Below are positions 1 through 7,700 of a DNA stretch of 64,000 bases, in pieces; position 1 is the first letter of the stretch, and every line of letters starts with the position of its first letter. The stretch is taken from positions 1-64,000 of IMG/VR virus record IMGVR_UViG_3300030616_000002, one strand, 5' to 3'. Origin of the DNA: a virus. The notes under the pieces were generated by a model. It was not told the origin of the DNA and did no database searches. It was given only the letters and a program-made list of their open reading frames with translations. The position numbers were made by a program, and so were the translations under genes.

Positions 1-264
1 CCGCTCCACCGCGGACACGCCGCAGTGCAGCGCGTGATTCCGCACGGCGCGATCCGCGATCTGGCCCAACACCGGCTTGAACTGCGAGCCGAGCACCTCC
101 GGGCGCAGCAGCGCCCACAGGCGATCCTCGACCGGCACCGCGTCGAGCCGCGCGATCTCCAGCGGGGTCAGCGACCCCGAAGGCATCAGGAAATAGAGTT
201 GCTCCTCGTCGTAATCCTCGCATGGCTCCCACGCGATGACCTGCTCGACCGTGATGCGTTTCAC
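1..264 (-). CDS. hypothetical protein, N-terminal part (gene continues beyond window start)
   Basis: Own translation of the minus strand. GTG at 264-262 is preceded by GAGGAGGG (276-269), and the frame stays open to position 1 (VKRITVEQVIAWEPCEDYDEEQLYF...). The plus-strand ORF 25..291 is an Arg-rich shadow. Confidence 0.4.
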   Translation of the reverse strand, partial: MKRITVEQVIAWEPCEDYDEEQLYFLMPSGSLTPLEIARLDAVPVEDRLWALLRPEVLGSQFKPVLGQIADRAVRNHALHCGVSAVER

Positions 265-287
265 GCTACCCTCCTCGCCCCGTGGGG

Positions 288-491
288 CTAGTCCTGCTCG
301 ACGATTTCCCGCACCGCGCGGAGCTTCTCTACGGCGTCGCTATCGACGAGCAGGGGGCGGCCGTCTATGAATAGGCGCAGCACGCCAAACGGGATCCGGA
401 TCGCACCGCCGCTTGGCGCAGAGATACACAGATCCCCGCTCGCGTCAGAGTTGAAGTGGAAGCGGTAACCCTCGATCGTTCGCGTGTGCAT
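288..491 (-). CDS. hypothetical protein
   Basis: ORF track, 67 aa. Packed head-to-tail with neighbouring minus-strand ORFs (1-2 nt gaps). Confidence 0.5.
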   Translation of the reverse strand: MHTRTIEGYRFHFNSDASGDLCISAPSGGAIRIPFGVLRLFIDGRPLLVDSDAVEKLRAVREIVEQD

Positions 492-492
492 G

Positions 493-846
493 CTACACTC
501 TCCTATCTATCCCGCCGAGTTCAGCGCAGCGGTTACAGTGCCAGCGATGGCCGCGCTCTGCATTGAGACTGTCGGCATAGAACTCCTGGGCGATAGGGCT
601 GTGTTCCGTAATGTTGGGATTGCCCTCGTCGTCTTCCCCGTCGCAGTGAAAAATATACGTCTCATACAGCGAATCAGGATCGCCGTGAAGCGGGTAGGCC
701 GCTTCGCCAGTGTGTTGAATATAGTAGCCGATTGTGCTTATGAGATAGCCGCCGATCCGCGTGCATAGATGATAAGCGCACTGGTCACGGCAGACGAAGT
801 GCCCGCCGAATCCGTACCAGACCCACTCTGACTCGGGGATCCGCAT
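493..846 (-). CDS. hypothetical Cys/His-rich protein
   Basis: ORF track, 117 aa with balanced composition. Abuts 288..491 and 848..1183. Confidence 0.55.
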   Translation of the reverse strand: MRIPESEWVWYGFGGHFVCRDQCAYHLCTRIGGYLISTIGYYIQHTGEAAYPLHGDPDSLYETYIFHCDGEDDEGNPNITEHSPIAQEFYADSLNAERGHRWHCNRCAELGGIDRRV

Positions 847-847
847 G

Positions 848-1183
848 CTACTCCCTACTCGCCCGGTCCTGTAGTGCCCCGATCTTGATCGGAGTAGCTA
901 CAGCACAGAGAGAGACTAGGCGCCTCGGGTGCCTCCCGCCCGGGCTCCGGGTATCGTCCTGCTCTATCGCTCTCGCGATTCGGGAAGAGCCCCCGGCCCA
1001 CCACATATAGCCAGGTTTGGGTGGGGATGCCCTATCCCGTCCTGCCATATGGGCTGAAGTGCTCGCCGTACCGGTATCGCGGCAAGGTGATCTTACGGCT
1101 GGCGCGATCCCTCCCGACAGGATCAACGCAACCAGCAGATCAGCCGCAATAGCGATAGCGAGCAGGAAAATCCGAAGCATCAT
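848..1183 (-). CDS. hypothetical protein with N-terminal hydrophobic segment
   Basis: ORF track, 111 aa. The N-terminus MMLRIFLLAIAIAADLLVALIL looks transmembrane; the rest is low complexity, so the extent is uncertain. Confidence 0.3.
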   Translation of the reverse strand: MMLRIFLLAIAIAADLLVALILSGGIAPAVRSPCRDTGTASTSAHMAGRDRASPPKPGYMWWAGGSSRIARAIEQDDTRSPGGRHPRRLVSLCAVATPIKIGALQDRASRE

Positions 1184-1188
1184 ACCTC

Positions 1189-1431
1189 CTACAAGCTCCG
1201 TACTGGATCGTCGAGCAGGGCCCGCTTGACCCGCTCCTGCTCCGCGTCTCGACCCTCTGCGCTCCGCACGCAGAGCATGAAAAAATCAGAGTCCCGTGGA
1301 TCGCCGACCAGCGCAGCCGAGTAGGCCTTGATTCGGCAGCGGCGTATATACGCCAAGTCTCGCTTGCCTAGCTTGCCTACCGCGCGCACTGCGGCCGAGT
1401 AAGCCCTATCGTCTCCGCCCTGATCGCTCAT
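1189..1431 (-). CDS. hypothetical protein
   Basis: ORF track, 80 aa, in the minus-strand block. Confidence 0.45.
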   Translation of the reverse strand: MSDQGGDDRAYSAAVRAVGKLGKRDLAYIRRCRIKAYSAALVGDPRDSDFFMLCVRSAEGRDAEQERVKRALLDDPVRSL

Positions 1432-1443
1432 ACCGCGCCCTCC

Positions 1444-1797
1444 CTACAGCACTCGTAGATCGTAGTGCGTTTCCAAGCGCAGGAAGTTGGGCCGCTGCTC
1501 GGCCGGCTCCTCCCACCACACCTCGCCGCCGAAGCGCTCCTCTAGTCTGCCGCCGAGCCCCTGGATCAACTCCCGCAGATCGTCGCGGTGCATCAGACAC
1601 GAGACTCCCGCCGGCCACGGGCCGACCGCTACGTGCAGTAGATCGGGTCCTCGCGTGAGTCCCCGGCGGATCATCTCGGCAGCTCCCCCCGCCGCCTCCG
1701 ACAGTGGGCCCCCCGAGGCAGACTCTAGGATCTGCAGATCAGCGAGCACCCGGATCAGTGATACCTGGATCGATTGTTTTTCGCGGCAGCAGTGCAT
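1444..1797 (-). CDS. hypothetical protein (first gene of leftward block)
   Basis: ORF track, 117 aa. Start faces the divergent intergenic region 1800-2090. Confidence 0.5.
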   Translation of the reverse strand: MHCCREKQSIQVSLIRVLADLQILESASGGPLSEAAGGAAEMIRRGLTRGPDLLHVAVGPWPAGVSCLMHRDDLRELIQGLGGRLEERFGGEVWWEEPAEQRPNFLRLETHYDLRVL

Positions 1798-1923
1798 CTG
1801 TCGCCCCCCCTAGCCCAGCAAGCCTTGCAAGCCCTGTGCGAAAAAAAGATAGCACCGCTCCGGGAATTCCGTCAAGCTCCGTTGCAATTCCGCCATATGC
1901 CCGCCCTCCGTTGCTAGATAGAC

Positions 1924-1952
1924 TAGTTACTATAGCTAGGATCGGTTGTCAA
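1924..1952 (-). promoter_or_regulatory. candidate leftward sigma70-like promoter
   Basis: Minus strand reads TTGACA (1952-1947), 17 nt spacer, TAACTA (1929-1924). It lies upstream of the minus-strand gene block. Confidence 0.35.
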
Positions 1953-1983
1953 GCAAAAAGTTTTTGCCGCTTTTTACGGGCGC

Positions 1984-1993
1984 GCAAATTTGC
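1984..1993. promoter_or_regulatory. palindromic operator-like site, 10-bp core GCAAATTTGC (copy 1 of 5)
   Basis: Read directly. Lies between the divergent promoter candidates. Confidence 0.6.
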
Positions 1994-2030
1994 ACGACGG
2001 CAAAAACGGTACACGCGCGCGCGAGGAAAA

Positions 2031-2066
2031 TAAAACCTTGACACCGCTTGGCAAGCCCTTTATCTT
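2031..2066 (+). promoter_or_regulatory. candidate rightward promoter A (A-rich tract, -35 TTGACA, -10 TATCTT)
   Basis: TAAAACC TTGACA (2038-2043), 17 nt spacer, TATCTT (2061-2066). The spacer end CCCTTTATC is shared with promoter E at 34421-34449. Confidence 0.5.
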
Positions 2067-2089
2067 GCTCGTGGTTGGAGGGCCTCGAT

Positions 2090-2317
2090 ATGGGCGGCAA
2101 GGTTAACAGGACCAATAAACCCACGGCGTTAGTGACGCCGTACGCGAAAAAGCTCCTGCAGATCTACCGGGGTTACGAGGGGTGCCGGGATGCCGAGGTG
2201 GTATCTCCGCTGGTGATCGAGTACGTGCAGCGCTGGGCAGAGGAGCGGGGGATCCCGATCCCGACCGAGGCCGAGTACGAGGCCGAGTTCCGGGCCAGCA
2301 ATCCAGAGACCGACTAG
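2090..2317 (+). CDS. hypothetical protein
   Basis: In frame with ORF 2048..2317. I prefer ATG 2090 because GGAGGG (2077-2082) sits 7 nt upstream and 2048 lies upstream of the predicted -10. Confidence 0.5.
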   Translation: MGGKVNRTNKPTALVTPYAKKLLQIYRGYEGCRDAEVVSPLVIEYVQRWAEERGIPIPTEAEYEAEFRASNPETD

Positions 2318-2368
2318 ATTGAGACCCTCGGCGGAGCCCTGCTTACGAGCGGCAGTGTCTGTGGTCGT

Positions 2369-2399
2369 GCGGGCTAGCTAGGGTAGCGAGGCAAGCATG
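2369..2399 (+). promoter_or_regulatory. conserved leader GCGGGCTAGC..GAGGCAAGCATG (also at 39016-39038)
   Basis: Read directly. The same leader precedes the start codon of 2397..3377 and the 5' end of the tRNA-Ser gene at 39037. Confidence 0.5.
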
Positions 2400-3377
2400 C
2401 CGTATCGCATCCGTGACTGGGACAATAATTTTGAGAACGCGAGATCTAGAGCTATAGAAAAATGCAAATGGGTACCGATGCCGAACAAGCAAGACGGAAT
2501 GGGATTTACTCGCGTCATAGCAGAGCCGGACGGGGCCGCGATCTACGGCATCTGGTGCCTGATCGTCGGCGCGTGCTCAAGGCAAAAGGCAGAGCGCGAT
2601 GGCTGGCTAACAGACGACGGCTTGGAGACCGGAGCCCCGTGGACCGCGAGTGATCTTGCCCTACGCTGGCGGCGACCACTGGAGGAGGTTGAGCGGGCCC
2701 TGGCGTTCCTGTCGAGCGATAAAATCGGATGGATCGAGGCTATCGGCGAAAGTCACCAAAACGATACCCGGGCGATACCTGGTACCGCTCAAAGCGACAC
2801 CCGGGCGATACCCAGTACCTCTCGGGCGGCACCGGATGGATCCTGCCTATCCAGATCAGGAATAGAAGGGAAGGAAGGGAATAAGTACTCTGTCAAAGCG
2901 CAAGCCGTCTTTGAGTGCTGGAAAAACGAAATGGGCAAGGCCCCCAATACGAAGTTCAAGCCGAAATCCAAGAGATACAAAAATGTAGTCGCTAGAATCA
3001 AAGACGGGTTTTCAGTAGAAGACCTCTGCTTGGCCGTACTAGGTTGCAAGAACACGCCGCACAACATGGGCCAGAACGACCGCAGCGAGAAGTACAACGA
3101 CCTGGAGCTTATCTGCAGGGACGTTGAGCACGTAGAGCGCTTCATAGAAAAAGCTACGGGCCAGGACGGCGAGGATCAGGATGATTGCTGGACCGCAGCA
3201 ACAAAAGAATTGATAGCTCTCTGCGAGTCCCGGGAACTGAAAGCGAAGATCGGAACGGCATCGAAAGAAGCGCAGCAAGTCTGTAGCAAGATCGGACTCT
3301 CGAAACTAGAGGGCCTAGACATGGCATCGGCACGAGGGGCGATCTACTCGGTCGCAGATCGGCTAGCCGGCAAATGA
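2397..3377 (+). CDS. replication initiation / replisome-organizer-like protein
   Basis: 326 aa, immediately upstream of dnaB and overlapping it by ATGA. The C-terminal segment VFECWKNEMGKAPNTKFKPKSKRYKNVVARIKDGFSVEDLCLAVLGC resembles the conserved C-terminal domain of phage DnaD-like/replisome organizer proteins (recalled, not searched). Confidence 0.5.
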   Translation: MPYRIRDWDNNFENARSRAIEKCKWVPMPNKQDGMGFTRVIAEPDGAAIYGIWCLIVGACSRQKAERDGWLTDDGLETGAPWTASDLALRWRRPLEEVERALAFLSSDKIGWIEAIGESHQNDTRAIPGTAQSDTRAIPSTSRAAPDGSCLSRSGIEGKEGNKYSVKAQAVFECWKNEMGKAPNTKFKPKSKRYKNVVARIKDGFSVEDLCLAVLGCKNTPHNMGQNDRSEKYNDLELICRDVEHVERFIEKATGQDGEDQDDCWTAATKELIALCESRELKAKIGTASKEAQQVCSKIGLSKLEGLDMASARGAIYSVADRLAGK

Positions 3378-4693
3378 ACGATAGGATACCGCGTAGCGAA
3401 ACCGAGGAGCGAGCAATACTCGGGATCCTACTGTACAACCCGCAGATAATGGATGATTGTATCGAGCTTGCACCGGAGGATTTTTACGTCGCAGCGCACG
3501 GCCGCATTTACAGGAGCATGCAGAAACTCTGGCGCGATGGAGTCCATTTCGATCTCCCTGCCTTGTGGGAGTCGATCAAGGATGATCAGGGCGTTGTTAG
3601 TCTGGGCGGGGCGAAGTACGTTGCGCGGCTCCTTAACGACTGCGTCGCAGAGGTCACAGCACCGAAACACGTAGAGACGATAAAAACGTTATCCAGGGAT
3701 CGGACGCTACTAGAAGCGGTAGATATTTTTAGGTCGGATATCTTGAACGGAAACGCAGAGCAGGCGGTCTCCGGGATGCAAGCGGCCCTCGCCGATTCTA
3801 TGCGGGCTAGTAGGGTTACGTGGTCGACCGTAGGCGAGATGGCATCGAAGCGGGCGCAGGAAATCGAGGATCTGCTTACAGGGGAGGCTCAGGGAACATC
3901 GTTTTTGCCGACCGGGATCCCGGGGCTAGATGCGAAGATCGCCGGATGGGCTGCCGGGGATCTGATCTATATTGCAGCGAGGCCAAGCGTTGGAAAGACC
4001 GCAGCGGCGATCCAGTCTGCTGTAGAGGTCGCGCAGCGAGGACACCCCGTAGCCTTCGGCTCCGCCGAGATGTCACGGGATGCGATCATGAATCGCATCC
4101 TTGCCTACAAGACCAGGTTTGAGCACCGGAGTATCAGGCAGAACGATCTGCGGGTTCTCCGCGATGTACAGATACCAGCGCTGAAAACGGCAGAGGAGCT
4201 GTATGATGTCCCGATGTATGTTGACGATCGCTCGGCCCTGAGGCCCGCCGACTTATGGTGGCTGGCCAGGAAATGCGAGCGGCGGTGGGGATCGTGTGCT
4301 GCTATTTTTTGCGACTATATCCAGCTCATGCGGCCGAACAAGGGCAATGAAAGCAAAGAGCGTGAGGTCTCATCTATCAGCGCTGACTTGAAGGCGATAG
4401 CGAAGGATCTCAATGTCCCGGTAATCGCACTCTCGCAGTTAGGGCGGGACGTAGAGAAGCGGGTAAAGAAGGGCCCGCCGATGCTCTCGGATCTCAAGTG
4501 GTCCGGCGATATCGAGCAGGACGCTGACGAGATCCTTTTTCTCTGGACGAAGGACGATACCGACCGCGACAACATCGAGGTCCGCCTAAAAGTAGGCAAG
4601 CAGCGTAACGGCCCGCTGGGTACCGTATATCTGCGATTCGACAAGCCTACGCAGACCTTTGCAGCAGAGGAGAGCCGTTATGAGATTGCGTGA
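3374..4693 (+). CDS. dnaB: replicative DNA helicase DnaB
   Basis: 439 aa. N-terminal ERAILGILLYNP..., Walker A ARPSVGKTAAAIQ, and DYIQLM, LSQLGRDVE, GDIEQDADEI motifs typical of DnaB. Confidence 0.9.
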   Translation: MNDRIPRSETEERAILGILLYNPQIMDDCIELAPEDFYVAAHGRIYRSMQKLWRDGVHFDLPALWESIKDDQGVVSLGGAKYVARLLNDCVAEVTAPKHVETIKTLSRDRTLLEAVDIFRSDILNGNAEQAVSGMQAALADSMRASRVTWSTVGEMASKRAQEIEDLLTGEAQGTSFLPTGIPGLDAKIAGWAAGDLIYIAARPSVGKTAAAIQSAVEVAQRGHPVAFGSAEMSRDAIMNRILAYKTRFEHRSIRQNDLRVLRDVQIPALKTAEELYDVPMYVDDRSALRPADLWWLARKCERRWGSCAAIFCDYIQLMRPNKGNESKEREVSSISADLKAIAKDLNVPVIALSQLGRDVEKRVKKGPPMLSDLKWSGDIEQDADEILFLWTKDDTDRDNIEVRLKVGKQRNGPLGTVYLRFDKPTQTFAAEESRYEIA

Positions 4694-4704
4694 CACAAAG
4701 TTTC

Positions 4705-4735
4705 TTGACTTTCCAGGCTAGCTAGGCTAGGCTGG
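4705..4735 (+). promoter_or_regulatory. candidate promoter B with CTAG-box
   Basis: TTGACT (4705-4710), 17 nt spacer, TAGGCT (4728-4733). Overlaps GGCTAGCTAGGCTAGGCTGG (4716-4735). Confidence 0.45.
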
Positions 4736-4746
4736 CTTGCGGGCTT

Positions 4747-4758
4747 TGCAAATTTGCA
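4747..4758. promoter_or_regulatory. perfect 12-bp palindrome TGCAAATTTGCA (copy 2 of 5)
   Basis: Read directly. Lies 14 nt after the promoter B -10 candidate and 12 nt before ATG 4770. Confidence 0.65.
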
Positions 4759-4769
4759 TGGGGGCTAAC

Positions 4770-4904
4770 ATGGCGGACGAAAAAGAGCGCGACAGGCAAG
4801 AGCCGAAACGCGAGCCCGCGACCGAGCGCGACTGGGAGTACCAGCGCGACCGGGCCGACCGAGACTACCCGGCAGACCCGCACGATCCGGAGGGCAACGG
4901 GTGA
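4770..4904 (+). CDS. small charged ORF (44 aa), hypothetical
   Basis: Own translation: MADEKERDRQEPKREPATERDWEYQRDRADRDYPADPHDPEGNG. Its stop overlaps GTG 4901 (GTGA). Too short for the ORF track. Confidence 0.3.
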   Translation: MADEKERDRQEPKREPATERDWEYQRDRADRDYPADPHDPEGNG

Positions 4905-5485
4905 GATACGAATCCATCCTGATCGACTGCCACTCGACAGCGAACGGTCTGAAGCGGGCGAGGACCAGAGGGGCAGCCGTAGTAGAACTACACAGGATCC
5001 TGGCCCTACTAGCCGGTCGCTATCTGGCGGGGGGCGGCCCGGGAATCGCGATCTACGGATCTGGGGATGGCCTACGCCGAGACGTAGCAGACACTGCCCA
5101 GCATTTAGGCCTGCCATTGGTGACGGGAAGGCTACAGGATCAGTTGCTGTTAGCGCTAGTATCGGACCATGCGAAGCGCGGTACAAGTTGCCTGATCGTG
5201 AGCGACGACCTCGGGGCTGCAGCGCACCTGGCAGATACCCCAGTACCGATCCACTGGCTAGAGGGCGTGACGGATACGCAGCGGCTCTGGACGCTGGCGG
5301 GGTTCATGCGACAGGGGCACGGCCGACCATTCGCCCAGAGCGACGGCAACGGCAGAGGGACGATCATAATCACAAGGCCGAGGGCAGATCTACAAGCACA
5401 TAGATGGTGGCTCGCCTCGTGCGGGGCGGAGGCGGCGTTGATGCCGGACTGCTGGCGGCGAATAGAAAGGCTGGCCCGTGACTAA
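4901..5485 (+). CDS. hypothetical protein (possible NYN/LabA-like fold)
   Basis: ORF track, 194 aa. The pattern ILIDCHSTANG ... CLIVSDDLGAAAHL is reminiscent of NYN-domain proteins; this is a weak call. Confidence 0.45.
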   Translation: MRYESILIDCHSTANGLKRARTRGAAVVELHRILALLAGRYLAGGGPGIAIYGSGDGLRRDVADTAQHLGLPLVTGRLQDQLLLALVSDHAKRGTSCLIVSDDLGAAAHLADTPVPIHWLEGVTDTQRLWTLAGFMRQGHGRPFAQSDGNGRGTIIITRPRADLQAHRWWLASCGAEAALMPDCWRRIERLARD

Positions 5486-6158
5486 CGAGCGATTGACCGG
5501 TCCGAGAACGCCCGAGGAAGACGGGCTGATTGTCTACGGGATCGACCCCGCGTCTCTGGGCGCGTGGCCCGATTTCGCCGACCGCGAGATCCGGGATCCT
5601 GCGCTGCCCCCAGACGTGATCCCGCGAGTAGAGGAGAGGCCGGATGGGACCGACTTGGACGCGCTGATCGACAAATATCTGGCCTACGAAGAGGATCGCT
5701 ACGTGATCCGATTCGCGTTACGGGGCAAAGGGCCGGCGGAGATCTCTGCTGCGTTCGATGCTATCGGCTGGCCGTGTCCAAAGGGTACGATAAAAGAGCG
5801 GCTCAACAAGTCAGTCGCGGTGTTATCCGCCGCCTACAAACTAGAGTGCGTAGACCGAGAGATCCGCGTATCGGCGTTGACCGAAAAGCAACATGCGATC
5901 TGGCGGTACTACCGGGCGGGCGAGACCTATCGGGGGATAGCCGAGGCGCTGGGATGCGGGACGCGCTTCGCCTTCGAGCAGATGGCTACGATAACCGAGA
6001 ATCTGCGAGCGGCCGGCTACGGCGAGATCGTTGACGCCGTAGACGCGCTAAGAAAAGCGATGGCCCCTGGGGGCCGAGGAAACATAAGCCGGATTAGTCC
6101 GGACGGAGGACACGATGGAGCCACATCCGATAGCGGGACTGTTCCCGCCGCTTCCTGA
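5478..6158 (+). CDS. HTH protein (LuxR / sigma-70 region-4-like C-terminal half)
   Basis: 226 aa. LTEKQHAIWRYYRAGETYRGIAEALGCGTRFAFEQM looks like a region-4 type helix-turn-helix. Confidence 0.4.
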   Translation: MTNERLTGPRTPEEDGLIVYGIDPASLGAWPDFADREIRDPALPPDVIPRVEERPDGTDLDALIDKYLAYEEDRYVIRFALRGKGPAEISAAFDAIGWPCPKGTIKERLNKSVAVLSAAYKLECVDREIRVSALTEKQHAIWRYYRAGETYRGIAEALGCGTRFAFEQMATITENLRAAGYGEIVDAVDALRKAMAPGGRGNISRISPDGGHDGATSDSGTVPAAS

Positions 6159-7158
6159 TGCCGAGTATCAGGAGCTAGTACAAGACATCCGAGATAACGG
6201 GCAGCGAGATCCGATCACGGTCTGGAAGGAAAACGGCAACGAGTGGATCGTTGATGGGTGCTCGCGGTTCAAGGCGTGCACCGAGATCGGGGCCGCGGTC
6301 AAGGTCGATTACGAGGAGTTCAGCGGCGACGGCGAGATCTTCGCGTTCGTTATGAGCCGGAATATGCGGCGGCGTCACATGGGTACGTCACAGAGATCGC
6401 TCCTCGCGGCCGAGCTAGCCCAGTACTACATGGACAATATCGCCCGGGACGATAGCGAGCAGAGCGCGAGCGCCGCGCTCAAGGAAACGGCGAAGGCACA
6501 GAGGGTATCCCCGCGCTCCGTTGCCTCGGGTAAGGCGCTAGAGATCGCTGGGGTAGATGAACTAGTCGCGCTGGTCAAGGGCGGAGACCTTGCGGTCAAC
6601 CCGGCCGAATTGGTAGCGAAGAGTTGTACTCCCGACGAGCAGCGGGCGCTAGTAGAGGCTGGGCCAAAGGCGGTCAGAAAGAAGGCAAAGGAGATCCGCG
6701 AGCAGAAGAAAAAGCAGCGGGCCGCGGAGAAGGCGTTGCGTGAGGCCGAGGCGCAGGCTGGTGTAAAGCCGGCGGAGGACGCTGCGCCAAGGCCTGATCC
6801 CGACAAGCCGCGAAAGAGCATAACGCTCGGCGCAGACAAGCCGCAGGGGCGCGACGCGATAGTTGAGTCGGAGCCGGAGCTAGAGCCCGAGGTTGAGCGC
6901 GACGACGCGATCTGCGGCGGTCCCGACTGCGGGCTGGTAGTCGACCCGGATCAGTGTATCCGGGCTGACGCCGATGGCTCGCGCGGGTATTTCTGCTCGC
7001 TAGCCTGCTTGCTCTCCGCAATGCTGGCGGGGATTGCGATCATAGATATCGAGATCATCGGCGGTAGCACGGCAGCGGAATTTCTCGCCGCCCTCGATAT
7101 CCCCGAGGCCAGGGCCGAGGCGGTGCGGGATGCCCTGAACAAGGCGCGCGTCGGATGA
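6115..7158 (+). CDS. ParB-like nuclease domain protein
   Basis: 347 aa. N-terminus HPIAGLFPPLPDAEYQELVQDIRDNGQRDPITVW...IVDGCSRFKAC is ParB/Srx-like. It has a Lys/Ala-rich linker and a Cys-rich C-terminus (CGGPDCG...FCSLAC). Confidence 0.7.
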   Translation: MEPHPIAGLFPPLPDAEYQELVQDIRDNGQRDPITVWKENGNEWIVDGCSRFKACTEIGAAVKVDYEEFSGDGEIFAFVMSRNMRRRHMGTSQRSLLAAELAQYYMDNIARDDSEQSASAALKETAKAQRVSPRSVASGKALEIAGVDELVALVKGGDLAVNPAELVAKSCTPDEQRALVEAGPKAVRKKAKEIREQKKKQRAAEKALREAEAQAGVKPAEDAAPRPDPDKPRKSITLGADKPQGRDAIVESEPELEPEVERDDAICGGPDCGLVVDPDQCIRADADGSRGYFCSLACLLSAMLAGIAIIDIEIIGGSTAAEFLAALDIPEARAEAVRDALNKARVG

Positions 7159-7571
7159 CTTGGCGGGACGCCAAGATCGGGATCGTTTGCGCGCTGATCG
7201 GGATGGCAGCCGGGGTTGTTGCGTACGCTATCGGAGCGCGCAGCGTTGAATCTGGGATCTCGGATCGCGTTGCTACCCTAGAAGCCTGCCTCTCTGCTGA
7301 CATGCTAGTGGAGGCGTCCCCTGATCCGTGTTTCCAGATCAGGGAGCGGATCCGTAACGAACGTACTGCCCTCTCCCTGGCCAAGGTATCGCTACGGTTG
7401 ACCCACAGGGTAGACGAGACAATGCGTACGCTCGACTCTACCTACTCTCAGCACGAGGCGGGTAGGCAGCGCGTGCCGTGGGTTAGGCGTGCGCTATGGC
7501 GGGCGGCGTATTGGATCAAGGGGGCCGGGGTAGGGGCACCAAGGCCAGAGGAGGTGGACCGTGGCGACTGA
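7155..7571 (+). CDS. membrane protein, hypothetical
   Basis: 138 aa with one N-terminal TM helix (IGIVCALIGMAAGVVAYAIG). ATGA overlap with the ParB-like gene. Ends in the EEVDRGD tail encoded by the junction motif. Confidence 0.5.
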   Translation: MTWRDAKIGIVCALIGMAAGVVAYAIGARSVESGISDRVATLEACLSADMLVEASPDPCFQIRERIRNERTALSLAKVSLRLTHRVDETMRTLDSTYSQHEAGRQRVPWVRRALWRAAYWIKGAGVGAPRPEEVDRGD

Positions 7572-7598
7572 CAACGAACAGGCTGACAGAGGGAGGGC

Positions 7599-7700
7599 AT
7601 GATGCGGGCAGAGATCCATCTTTGGTGTCTGTATTTGAGCTTTGTTCTGATGGCCGAGGCAGGGCTATTGCTTGCGTCGTTGAGGTTTTCCGGATGCTGA
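7599..7700 (+). CDS. hydrophobic micro-ORF (33 aa)
   Basis: Own translation: MMRAEIHLWCLYLSFVLMAEAGLLLASLRFSGC. GGGAGGG lies just upstream, and its stop overlaps ATG 7694 of the next gene. Confidence 0.3.
   Translation: MMRAEIHLWCLYLSFVLMAEAGLLLASLRFSGC

Noticed and set aside
25-291. Plus-strand ORF of 88 aa at the window start.
   Set aside because: Arg/Gln/Leu-rich shadow frame. The minus-strand frame has an SD plus GTG at 264 and a protein-like translation.
7561-7602. Mini-ORFs opened by the junction-motif GTG (7561-7602, 10176-10232, 12288-12320) as genuine peptide genes.
   Set aside because: They are only 10-18 codons long and their sequences derive largely from the shared leader. They are better explained as coupling or leader ORFs than as functional products, so they are not listed as CDS.
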